Below, piece by piece: positions 51,150-64,000 of a stretch of DNA of 64,000 bases; within the stretch, counting starts at the first letter, position 1; each line of letters starts with the position of its first letter. The stretch is from the human T2T-CHM13v2.0 reference genome, Homo sapiens. The notes below the pieces were generated by a model, which was not told the DNA's origin, searched no databases, and worked only from the letters and a program-made list of their open reading frames with translations. Location of the stretch: assembly GCF_009914755.1 (NCBI RefSeq), contig NC_060938.1; one strand, 5' to 3'. A program made the translations under genes and the position numbers.

Positions 51150-53539
51150 TTAGCAGCTATATACGTCGAGAGGAAAATGCAGAATCATGCTGACTAGTTT
51201 TACTTAAATTCATGGTCACAAATATCAAGTATCAAGTGAGTCCTTAATACTACCTGGCATTCATATTGTATTTTCCTAGATTGTTTATTCTTCTATTTTC
51301 TTAGATGACTTATTTAATGTTTTCTCTCATCAGACCTTCCAACATCTCATCCTCAATCTCTCAGCTGATGATTTTGGTTCCTACCTCACTGAGAAAATTG
51401 AAGCCATCAGAACAGAACTTGCATAGACTCCTTTTACTCTGTCTACCCATCTACCACCATCTCCATCCATATAACCTATCTTTCTACCCATTATTCTTTA
51501 CTTTTCTATAACCAATCCCTTCGTTTGTGCATTAGAATCTATTTCCTAATGGCTTCTTAGGGACATTGCTCCAGCAGTTCTCCACTCTCACTCCTATGTC
51601 ATAAAGTTTTTTCATACTGCATCACTACCACATGAAGACAAACCTACTGCTACCTCTGTCTTTAAACCTTCTTTTGTTTGACACTACTTCCCTTACCAGA
51701 TAACAGTTATTTGCTTTCCAATTGCAGCAAACTCCTTGAAAGGATTATCTGTGCTCAATGACTCTAATTTCTTTCTTCCTGTTTCCTTTTAAATCCAGTA
51801 TAATTAGGCTTCTGCCATTATCACTTTTGTTAGTCCATTCTCGCATTGCTATAAAGAAATGCCTGCGACTAGGTAATTTATAAAGAAAAGAGGTTTAATT
51901 GGCTCACGATTCTGCAGGCCATACAGGAAGCATAGTGACTGAGGCCTCAGGAAACTTACAATCAGGGCGGAAGGCAAAAGGAAAAAAGGCACATTTTACA
52001 TGGCCAGAGCTGGAGGAAGAGAGAGAGAGTGGGGGGAGATGGTACACACTTTTAAACAACCAGATCTCCTTACAACTCTGTCAGTATACAGTACCAAGGG
52101 GGGTTGGTGCTAAAATTAATTCATGAGAACTATACCCCTGTGATCCAATCACCCCCTACCAGGCCCCACCCCCAGCATTGGGGATTACATTTCAACATGA
52201 GATTTGGATGGGGACACAGATCCAAACCATATCATCACTGAATTGAAACTACTCTTGATAAGGTCACCAATGATCTTCATATTGCTAAATCTCAAGTTAA
52301 TTTCTCAATAGTCATCATTTCTCTTGACTTAGCAACATTTGATTTAGTTGATCATTCCTTCTTATACATACTTTTTTTTCACATGACTTCTGGGATGTTA
52401 TACTTTAAAAAAATCTTCTGCACTCACTTTCTTGATGATCGTGACTGTAAATACCAAGTATGTGCTTACAACTCCTAAATTTATGTACCTGTTTAAGAAA
52501 CTATTCCTGAATTGTACACATATATACACCTATGTCTGTATCTACTTGACATTACTATTTGGGTGTCTTAGTGACTTAATTAATATATTCCAAATACTGA
52601 TTCCCTGCCTAACACTTGCTCTTCCTAGAGTATTTGTCAGTTAGTAAATGTCTACTCTTTTTCTAGTTGGGGCTATCCTTGAGACTTCTCTTGCTTTCTC
52701 CCACAGCCAACTTATCATCAAAATGACGATCAAACCATGAAAACATATCCCAGATGTGTCAATTCCCCACCACTTTCACTGCCATTACCCTGGTTCAAAC
52801 CACCATTATCTCTCACCTGGATTACTATAGTAACCTCCTATCTTGTCTCTCAGTTACCCTTTTACACATCCTTTTGCAGTCTTTTCCAAACAGCCTGAGT
52901 GATCCCTTCAAAAAGTAAGTGAAATATTTTACTACTTTGCTGAGGACTCTCCAGTGGCTCTTCATTTCACTCAGTTTAAAAGCCACTGGCCTAAAAGGGC
53001 GTATAGGATCTGACCACCTGTTAGTTTTTTCTGTGTTACCTTTCTACTTTTATTCTTTTCTTTAGTCTTTCCACTTCTATTCTTTTCTTTAGTCTCTCCA
53101 CTTCAGCCACACTGACCTCATTGCTGTTCCTGGTACATGCAGATGGGCTTTCACCTTAGGATTTGTGCACTGATGATTCTCTCTGCCTAGAATACTCTTT
53201 CCTCAGGAGTCACATGACCAAATTCCCTCAAATGTCACCTTCTCAAACGACTGTAATTAAAATTACAGCCTCTTCTCCTTTTCACATACACCCTTCCCCT
53301 ATATACTCCTAATCCTCTTTGCCTGTTCTGTTTCTTTCCTATAGCATTTATTGCTGTTTAAGGTAATTCTTAATTTATGTATTGTGTTAACATTTGTCTT
53401 TCTCCTCGTTTGAATAAGTTTCACTTGTTAGAAGGGCAGGATTTTCATCTATTAGGTTTGTTTACCGATATATTTCAAGTACCTAGAATAGTGCCTTGCA
53501 CATTGTAAGTGCCCAATGAATATTTGTTGAATGAAAGAA
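51150..53539 (+). mobile_element. L2 remnant interrupted by MSTA
   Basis: L2 motifs (cactgagaaaattgaagccatcag, ctcacctggattact) and 3' end aatatttgttgaatgaa. Confidence 0.7.
51826..52234 (-). mobile_element. MSTA-type solo LTR
   Basis: ttagtccattctcgcattgctataaag...ccaaaccatatca; 5-bp TSD TCACT. Confidence 0.9.
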
Positions 53540-53554
53540 GAATGCAAGCCTTTC

Positions 53555-55844
53555 TTTTTTTCTTTTTTTTTTTTTAATTTATTTATTTTTTATTGATCAT
53601 TCTTGGGTGTTTCTCACAGAGGGGGATTTGGCAGGGTCACAGGACAATAGTGGAGGGAAGGTCAGCAGATAAACAAGTGAACAAAGGTCTCTGGTTTTCC
53701 TAGGCGGAGGACCCTGTGGCCTTCCGCAGTGTTTGTGTCCCTGGGTACTTGAGATTAGGGAGTGGTGATGACTCTTAAGGAGCATGCTGCCTTCAAGCAT
53801 CTGTTTAACAAAGCACATCTTGCACCGCCCTTAATCCATTTAACCCTGAGTGGACACAGCACATGTTTCAGAGAGCACAGGGTTGGGGGTAAGGTCACAG
53901 ATCAACAGGATCCCAAGGCAGAAGAATATTTCTTAGTACAGAACAAAATGAAAAGTCTCCTGTGTCTACCTCCTACTACACAAACACGGCAACCATCCGA
54001 TTTCTCACTCTTTTCCCCACTTTCTACTCCACAAAACCGCCATTGTCATCATGGCCCGTTCTCAATGAGCTGCCGGGCACACCTCCCAGACGGGGTGGTG
54101 GCCGGGCAGAGGGGCTCCTCACTTCCCAGTAGGGGCGGCCGGGCAGAGGCGCCCCCCACCTCCCGGACGGAGCGGCTGGCCGGGCGGGGGGCTGACCCCC
54201 CCACCTCCCTCCCGGACGGGGCGGCTGGCCGGGCAGAGGGGCTCCTCACTTCCCAGTAGGGGCGGCCGGGCAGAGGCGCCCCCCACCTCCCAGACGGGGC
54301 GGCTGGCCGGGCAGGGGGCTGACCCCCCCACCTCCCTCCCGGACGGGGCGACTGGCCAGGCGGGGGGCTGACCCCCCCACCTCCCTCCCGGATGGGGCGG
54401 CTGGCCGGGCAGAGGGGCTCCTCACTTTCCAGTAGGGGTGGCTGGGCAGAGGCGCCCCTCACCTCCCGGACGGGGCGGCTGGCCGGGCGGGGAGCTGACC
54501 CCCCCACCTCCCTCCCGGACGGGGCGGCTGGCCGGGCGGGGGGCTGACCCCCCCACCTCCCTCCTGGACGGGGCGGCTGGCCGGGCGGGGGGCTGACCCC
54601 CCCACCTCCCTCCCGGACAGGGTGGCTGGCCGGGCAGAGGGGCTCCTCACTTCCCAGTAGGGGCGGCCGGGCAGAGGCGCCCCTCACCTCCCGGACGGGG
54701 TGGCTGGCCGGGCGGGGGGCTGACCCCCCCACCTCCCTCCCGGACGGGGCAGCTGGCCGGGCAGAGGGGCTCCTCACTTCCCAGTAGGGGCGGCTGGGCG
54801 GAGGCTCCCCTCTCCTCCCGGACGGGGTGGCTGGCCAGGCGGGGGGCTGACCCCCCCACCTCCCTCCTGGACGGGGCGGCTGGCCTAGCGGTGGGTGACC
54901 TCCACCTCCTTCCTGGACGGGGTGGCTGCCGGGCGGTGACGCTCCTCACTTCTCAGACGGGGCGGCTTCGGGGGGGAGGGGCTCCTCACTTCTCAGACGG
55001 GGCGGCCGGGCAGAGACGCTCCTCACCTCCCAGACGGGGTTGCGGCCGGGTAGAGGTGCTCCTCACATCCCAGACGGGGCGGCGGGGCAGAGGCGCTCCC
55101 CACATCTCAGACGATGGGCGGCCAGGCAGAGACGCTCCTCACTTCCTAGATGGGATGGCGGCCGGGAAGAGGCGCTCCTCACTTCCTAGATGGGATGGTG
55201 GCTGGGAAGAGGTGCTCCTCACTTTCTAGATGGGATGGCGGCCGGGCAGAGACGCTCCTCACTTTCCAGACTGGGCAGCCAGGCAGAGGGGCTCCTCACG
55301 TCCCAGATGATGGGCGGCCAGGCAGAGAGGCTCCTCACTTCCCAGACGGGGTGGCGGCCGGGCAGAGGCTGCAATCTCGGCACTTTGGGAGGCCAAGGCA
55401 GGCGGCTGGGAGGTGGAGGTTGTAGTGAGCCGAGATCACGCCACTGCACTCCAGCCTGGGCAACATCGAGCACTGAGTGAACCAGACTCCATCTGCAATC
55501 CCGGCACCTCGGGAGGCCGAGGCTGGCCGGATCACTCACGGTTAGGAGCTGGAGACCAGCCCGTCCAACACAGCGAAACCCCGTCTCCACCAAAAAAATA
55601 CGAAAACCAGTCAGGCGTGGCGGCGCGTGCCTGCAATCGCAGGCACTCAGCAAGCTGAGGCAGGAGAATCAGGCAGGGAGGTTGCAGTGAGCCGAGATGG
55701 CAGCAGTACAGTCCAGCTTCAGCTCGGTATCAGAGGGAGACCGTGGAAAGAGAGGGAGAGGGAGACCGTGGGGAGAGGGAGAGGGGGAGGGGGAGGGGGA
55801 GGGAGAGGGCCGCGTGTAACCTTTGTAACTTCACTTCAGCCTCT
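53555..55844 (-). mobile_element. Full-length SVA (C/D-like), antisense to GPHN
   Basis: Poly(T); SINE-R about 53597-54070; VNTR about 54075-55370; Alu-like about 55370-55735; CCCTCT hexamers to 55809; 15-bp TSD GAATGCAAGCCTTTC (53540-54 and 55845-59). Confidence 0.97.
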
Positions 55845-57134
55845 GAATGCAAGCCTTTCAAGATTGAATAGATATTAAATGTGATAATGTACTTGTATGG
55901 GCCTCAAACAATGACTGACATTTTGTACATGTTCAGTAAATTTGCTCTTTTTCTTTCTCTATTTCTTAATTACTTGGGATATCTGGAAGTGTACAGAGTG
56001 CTGTAGATTTCTAGATAGCTTGTTTTATTCCAGTGTTCTTGGTGGAGCCTTTGTGGCTGAATCCAGCTTTTCCCTCATGCTTCTTTTTGCCTTCTTCCTC
56101 TATCCAACAGAGGTGGTGGGAAGAATTAGAATTAAAGCAGGAGGAAGGGAAAAGAAATCTTAGCTTTTTGTAGATGGGTGAAAAATTGGTTAGACTTCAG
56201 CTTTTAATGATCTTTCAGTTTAGTAGGTCTCATATTTTTCACCATATGTTATTTTCTGATTCACAGTTTCTGGTATATAGTTGATGCTTAACAAATTTTT
56301 GGATGATTGTTTTCCATTTGTTTTGTGGAATCGATCTTTCCAAACATAGCAGGTCTTTTCTATTGATTAAAATAAGTAAAAGAGTCTGAAAACTAGAGGT
56401 TTAGTTCAGAATGCTGAGCAAAATCTGGTATTGTCATATGACGCATGGGCCAAGGGGAGAAAATATAGTTACACAGTGAATCAGAAATAGACAAGTTTTG
56501 GCAAGGACAAGGTATTTGAAAAAGTATAGCCCTTTAGGTTTTATAAAGCTTTTTCTGTTGTTGTTTTATTCTTATAAAACTCTTTTGTTATGCCAGTATT
56601 ATAATGGGAAGCTGAGGCTCGGTGTGGTGATATATCCTGTACAAGGTCAAACAGTAAGTATCAGTTCGTCTTAACAGACAAATTTCGTGTTCATTCTGGT
56701 AAGACAAGGAAACAGGACAACAACAACAATAACGAAACAATGTTCTGAGGCATTTATGCTGGGTTCATGTACTGGTGTGCATACCATACATCATATCCTT
56801 TCTCTGATCCTGATAACCTTTCACAGGGTGATGGTTATGATACTTAAAAATGAGATAATAAATATAAAAGTGCCATAAAACATTGTGTTGTTGGTATTAT
56901 TATTCCATCATAGGATAGCAAGTAATAATACAGGCATACTTTGTTTTAGTTCACCTCATGGATATTGCATTTTTCACAAATTGAAGGTTTGTGGCAACCT
57001 TTTATCCAGCAGACTTGTTGGTATCATTTTTTTTTTAACAACGTGTACTCACTTCGTGTTTCTGTGTCATGTTTTTGTAATTCTCCTAGTATTTCAGCCT
57101 TTTTCATTATCATATCTGTTATGGTGATCTGTGA

Positions 57135-57534
<400 letters not shown>

Positions 57535-57834
57535 TGACTCTTCCACCGACGAGCAGTTTCCCCATCTCTCTCGCTGTCTCCTCAGGCTTCCCTATTCCCT
57601 GAGATACAAAATATTCCCTGAGTATTGAAATTAGGCCAGATAATAATCCTACAGTGGCCTCTAGGTGTTCAAGATCTAGAGATCCTGATTTAATGTGAGA
57701 CACATCCCTCAGATTAAATCAAAAGCTAGAAATGGTTAAGCTTAGTGAGGAAGGAATACTAAAAACTGAGACAGGTGGAAAGGTAGGCCTCTTGTGCCAA
57801 ATAGCCAAGTTGTGAATACAAAGGAAAAATTATT

Positions 57835-58246
57835 TTAAAAAATAGCAGAGAACATTTATTCTGAGAGATTTGTATATTATACTTCTGAGGATCTAAGAGA
57901 AAATAACAAATTTTCATATTTCAGTTAAATTTATGGAAATACAAATGGTAGCATCTGTATTCCTACCATTTCTGACTTTTTACGTGCTCTCATTTTATTG
58001 GTTTCACTTTTTATACTATATCTCTAAGGATAATGTATCTAAATATATGTATTATGTGTTAATTTATATATAAATAAAAGTTATCATATACTTCCATGGT
58101 ATGATTATAGAGAAAAATTTTTACATTAGAATGTGTCTAAAGTTTTTTTCTTAACTTTTATTTTAGTTTTGGGGTACATGTACAGATTCATTATATTGGT
58201 AAGTTGTGTGTCACAGGGGGTTGGTGAACAGATTATTTTGTCACCT
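57835..58246 (-). mobile_element. Short L1 3' end (58143-58246) plus about 308 bp non-L1 tail within one TSD
   Basis: TSD ggaaaaattatt (57823-34 and 58247-58); Tigger1 resumes exactly after the second copy. Confidence 0.8.
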
Positions 58247-59811
58247 GGAAAAATTATTGAAGGAAATATAAAGTGCTACTCCAGTGAATACACAAATGAT
58301 AAGAAAGCAAAACAGCCATATCGCTGATATGAAGAAAGTTTGAGTAGCCTGGATAGAAGATCAAACAAGCCACAACATTTTGTTAAGCCAAAGCTTAATC
58401 CAGAGCAAGGTTCTAACTCTTCTCAATTCTGTGAAGGTCAAGAGTGGTATGGAAATTGCAGGAGAAACATTGGGAGCTGGCTAGAGGTTGATTCGTGAGG
58501 TATAAGAAAAGAAGCCATTTCCATTACATGAAAATGCAAAGTGAAGCAGAAAGTGTTGATGTGATACTTGCAGCAAATTATATAGAAAATCTAGTTAAGA
58601 TCATTGATTAAGGTGGCTACGAAACTACAGATTTTCAATATAGATGAAGCAGCCTTATATATTGAAAGAAGATGCCATCTAGTGTCTTCATAGCTAGACA
58701 GGAAAAAAAAGCTTCAAAGGACATGCTGAGTCTCTCATTAGGGGTTAATGGAGCTAGTGACTTTAAGTTGAAGCCAGTGCTTATTTCCTATTCTGAAATC
58801 CTGTGCCATTAAAAATGATGCTAAGTCATTCTGCCTGTGCTGTATAAAGGGAACAACAAAGCCTGAATGATGGCACATTTGTTTACGGCATGGTTTACTA
58901 AATATTTTAAGCCTATTATTGATACCTACTGCTCAGAAAGAAAGCTTTATTTCAAAGTATTACTACTTATTGATAATGTACCTAGTCACCCAAGAGCTCA
59001 GATAGAGATATACAAGGAGATTAATGTTTTCATGCCTGCTAACCCAACATCCATTTTGCAGCCCATGGATCAAGGAGTAATTTCAGCTTTCAATTCATAT
59101 TAAGAAATACATTTTGAAAGGCTATATAGCTACCATAGATAGTAATTCCTTTGATGGATCTGAGCAAAGTAAGTGAAAAACCTTCCGGAAGGAATTCAGC
59201 ATTCTTGATACCATTCAGAACAATCATGATTCATGCGAGGAGGTCAAAATGTCAACATTAACAGTAATTTGGAAGAAGTTGAATCCACCCATCAAGACTT
59301 CACTGATGGATGTGGTGGAAATAGCAAGAGAACTAGAATTAGAGATGGAGCCTGAAGATGTGACTGAATTGCTGCAGTCTCATGATAAAACTGGAATGGA
59401 TGAAGAGTTGCTTCTTATGGATAAGTAAAGAAAGTGGTTTCTTGAGATGGAATCTACTCCTGGTGATAATGCTATAGACATTGTTGAAGTGACAACAAAG
59501 GGTTTTAATTATTACATGAACTTAGTTGATAAAGCAGTAGCAGGGTTTGAGAGGATTGACAGCAATTTTGAAAGAAGTTCTTCTGTCAGTAAAATTCTAT
59601 CAAACAGCATTGCCTGCTACAGATAAATATTTTGTAAAAAGAAGAGTCAACTGATGCAGCAACTTCATTGTGGTTTTATTTTAAGAAATTGCCACAGCCA
59701 CCCCAACCTTCAGCAGCCACCACCCTGATCAGTCAGCAGCTATATACATTGAGGCAAGACTCTCCACCAGCAAAAAGATTATGATTCACTGATGGCTTGG
59801 AGGATGGTTAG

Positions 59812-60140
<329 letters not shown>

Positions 60141-60568
60141 AGCAGTAAGGTATTTTTAAATTAAGGTATGTGCATTGTGTTTTTAGATATAATGCTTTTG
60201 CACTCTTAATAGAATACAGTATTGTATAAACAAACATTTATATGCACTGGAAAAGCAGCCAGTTGGTCTTTAAAATTCCTTTACCCTGTCTTTCAGTAAC
60301 ACTACTCTTTCCTTGTTTATCACTGATCTTTGTAGCCACTCATTCTCTACAGAATTTTTCTTCCTCTGTGTGGTCTTAAATATCTGTGTTTTTTGTAGTT
60401 CATCCCTGGTCCTTAGCCCATTTTACTCTAGATGTCATTTTGAGGTAACCTTTCCTATACTTGATACTGCCTCCTATATCTAAGTCTTGAGCTAGAAAGT
60501 TTGTTGCTCTTCGGATATTCACATTGTGTTCTCCATTCACTTTTTGACTTGGTTATCCTCTAGACACC

Positions 60569-60951
60569 TGTATTAGTCCATTCTTGCACGGCTATAAAGA
60601 AGTTCTTGGGACTGGGTAATTGATAAAGAAAAGAGGTTTAATTGGCTCAGTGCTCCACAGGCTGTACAGGAAGCATAGCTGGTGAGGCTTCAGGAAAATT
60701 TCAGTCATGGCGGAAGATGAAGGGGAAGCAGGCATGTCTTACATGGCCAGAGCAGGAGGAAGAGAAAGAAGGAGGAGGTGCTACACAGTTTTAAACAACC
60801 AGATCTCGTGAGAACTCACTAAGTATCACTAGAACAGCAAGGGGGAATCCATCTCCATGATTCAATCACCTCCCACCAGGCCACTCTTCCAACATTGGGG
60901 ATTACAATTCTGCATGAAATTTGGGCAGGGATACAAATCAAAACCGTATCA
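60569..60951 (-). mobile_element. MSTA-type solo LTR
   Basis: TGTATTAGTCC...CCGTATCA; TSD (a/g)cacc. Confidence 0.88.
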
Positions 60952-61949
60952 GCACCCCTTCATGCCCCAAAGAGAAACCAACCTTTATCTTTGAAACCTT
61001 GTCACTGAAGCTCCCAGCCTGGTTAAGAGGGACTTCTGATTCTATAATCTAAAAATCATGAAGTCATCTTAGACACCTCCCTTTCATTTTTCCCCACATC
61101 TACTTACTCATTAATGTCTGGCTCCCTAGTATGCCTGGAAATCTGTTTACTTTCCTGGTTTTTATTCTGTATAATCACTATCATGAGCAAAATAAGAACA
61201 GTCCCATCTCATCAGAAAGTTATTTCATACCTGACACTTTCTACTTCACTGTTCCCATCTCATTTTCTAACTCATCCTGCTTCCAGCTTCTAATTTCCAA
61301 TGTAAGACCTTACAACTAAATAACTGCATTTACTCACTCCCCTAGTGTGATTTTTAAATCACATTTTAAACTTTTATATACGTTATAAGCCCTACTTTAC
61401 AGTGTTTTATTTTGCTTTAAACAGTTATTTGATTTTTAAGTGAATTATGAGAAAGGAAACAGTTTTTGTGTTTACCAATTTATTTACCATTTCTGAAGCT
61501 CTTTTTTCCTTTCTGTAAGTCTACATATCCATTTGATAGAATTTGTCTTTGGTCTGAAGAACACTCTTCAGCATTTCTTACAATGTAGATTGACTGGCAA
61601 GCATTCTCTCAGCTTTTGTTTAGCTAAAAATGTCTTTATTCCACCCTCATTTCTGAAGGATATTTATTATTGATGAATATAAAATTCTAGGTCGATAGCC
61701 TTCACCCCCCAAGTACTTTAAAGATATCATTTTACTGTTTTCTGACTTCCAGTGAGAGGCTGGGAATAATTCTTATTTCTCCCATACATGATGTCTCCCT
61801 GCCTCCCTTTCTTTTTGTCCCTTTTCTGGCTGCTTTCAAGATTTTTTCTTACTTTTGTTTTTAATCAATTGATTAAAACTGTATTGATTCTAATGTATCT
61901 CAGTGTGGTTCTCTTTATATTTATCCTGTTTGGGATTGGCTAAACTTCT

Positions 61950-62274
<325 letters not shown>

Positions 62275-62486
62275 CTAAACTTCTTAAAAGTTGGTGTTTT
62301 TCATCATATTTGAGAACTTTCTAGTCACTATTTTTAAAATATTCTGCCCCAGTCTCACTCTTTTCTCCTCTAGGATCACAGTTACATATATTTCAAACAA
62401 TATGAAATTGTCCCAATGGCCTCTGAAGCTTCATTTATTTCTCTTCAGCCTTTTATCTCTCTGTCAGGTTAGAGAATTTTGATTGA

Positions 62487-62858
<372 letters not shown>

Positions 62859-63326
62859 TCAGTTATTGTACTCTTAAGCTCTGGAATTTTCATTTAGTTC
62901 CTCTTTATGGTTTCCATTTTGTTAATTTCTCAGTTAATCTAAATTATTGATTTTTAACGTGATAGTTTCTTTGACTCTATCTTCTCTTTGTTTAATTTCA
63001 TCAAAAATCCTCTTATTTCATCTTATTATGAAATGATTCTAGATACAATTTAATATAAATTAACAATATTTGGCTGCTTATCTGAAAGTTTATATTTTGG
63101 AATTTTTTTTACTTTTCTGAACCTTCTGTGGGTTTTTATGCTTGAAAATAGCATGGACTTATTTGTGCCAGGATGCATATGTGATCAAGGGCAGAGATAG
63201 GGATAGAAATAAAATTAAGGTTAGGTTCTATAGAACAACAGCCAGTGAGACAAGTAGGACTGTGGCTTCAATAAAGTCTTAAATTGAGTATAAGTGGCAG
63301 TGGATTACATTTTGCTCTTATATTTT

Positions 63327-63692
63327 TGTATTCGTCCATTCTCACACTGCTATAAAGGATACTACCTGAGACTCGGTAATTTATAAAGGAAAGAGATTTA
63401 ATTGACTCACAGTTGCACATGGCTAGGGAGGCCTCAGGAAACTTATAATCGTGGCGGAAGGCAAAGGGGTAGCAAGGACCTTCTTCACATGGTGGCAGGA
63501 GAGAGTGGAATGAGAGCACAGGAAAAACTATCATTTATAAAACCATCAGATCTCATAAGAATTCATTCGCTATCACAAGTACAGCATGGAGGAACCACCC
63601 TCATAATCCAATCACTTCCCAACAGTTTCCTCCCTTAATACCCGGGGATTACAATTCAAGATGAGACTTGGATACAAAGCTAAACCATATCA
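63327..63692 (-). mobile_element. THE1D-like solo LTR
   Basis: TGTATTCGTCC...AAACCATATCA; no clear TSD. Confidence 0.85.
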
Positions 63693-64000
63693 GCTGTCAA
63701 TTATATAGTCAGGGAATCATAGACTTTTAGTACTTGTACAAACTTTAGAAATGATCCTCTAACAAGCTCATTTTCATACTGATAAAATGTGTGTGCTAGG
63801 ATTTCATACATGCTGGGTTGAATGGGTAGGTGATAGGTACCTCCAATGTGGACTGTTAGGCCAAGAATGTTACATTATGAAGGGCATTTTAAATTAGGAT
63901 GTGAAGCAAATGCTTGAAGTAGAAGCCTTCATATATTCTAGTACCCAAAGATACTATGACAGTTGCCATGAAGGAACCTTATAAAGCTCTCAGCCAATAT

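Noticed and set aside
53597-55878. Long repetitive ORFs (up to 242 aa) and an array-like repeat
   Set aside because: These are translations of the SVA VNTR; the tandem units lack unique spacers, so this is not a CRISPR array or a gene.
58867-59103. Transposase-like ORF as a domesticated TIGD gene
   Set aside because: A 78-aa remnant of a Tigger1 that is interrupted and has many stops.

Overview
Human (or great-ape) genomic DNA. I recognise it as the CCDC196-GPHN region of 14q23.3 from the gephyrin N-terminus. Positions 6-7524 hold the last five coding exons and poly(A) signal of a coiled-coil gene (CCDC196, named by position). A CpG island at about 16.3-18.5 kb contains the promoter and exon 1 of GPHN ([21 protein letters not shown], phase-1 donor). 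The remaining 46 kb is the start of GPHN intron 1; exon 2 was not found. The intron is packed with mostly antisense repeats: a full-length L1PA7-like element, older L1s, a full-length SVA, a nested Tigger1, MaLR solo LTRs and many Alus. There are no prokaryotic-type systems, CRISPR arrays or structural RNA genes. The best leads are all hypotheses: (1) a recursive-splice-site motif (polyY-CAG|GTGAGT) at 40277; (2) an open L1 ORF0 on the GPHN strand with a phase-1 donor that would fuse in frame to GPHN exon 2; (3) an SVA with a 35-nt 5' extension inside its TSDs; (4) an old L1 3' transduction inside Tigger1; (5) adjacent TCT/TOP and Inr initiators at the GPHN start. Repeat subfamily calls come from memory of consensus sequences, not from a search.
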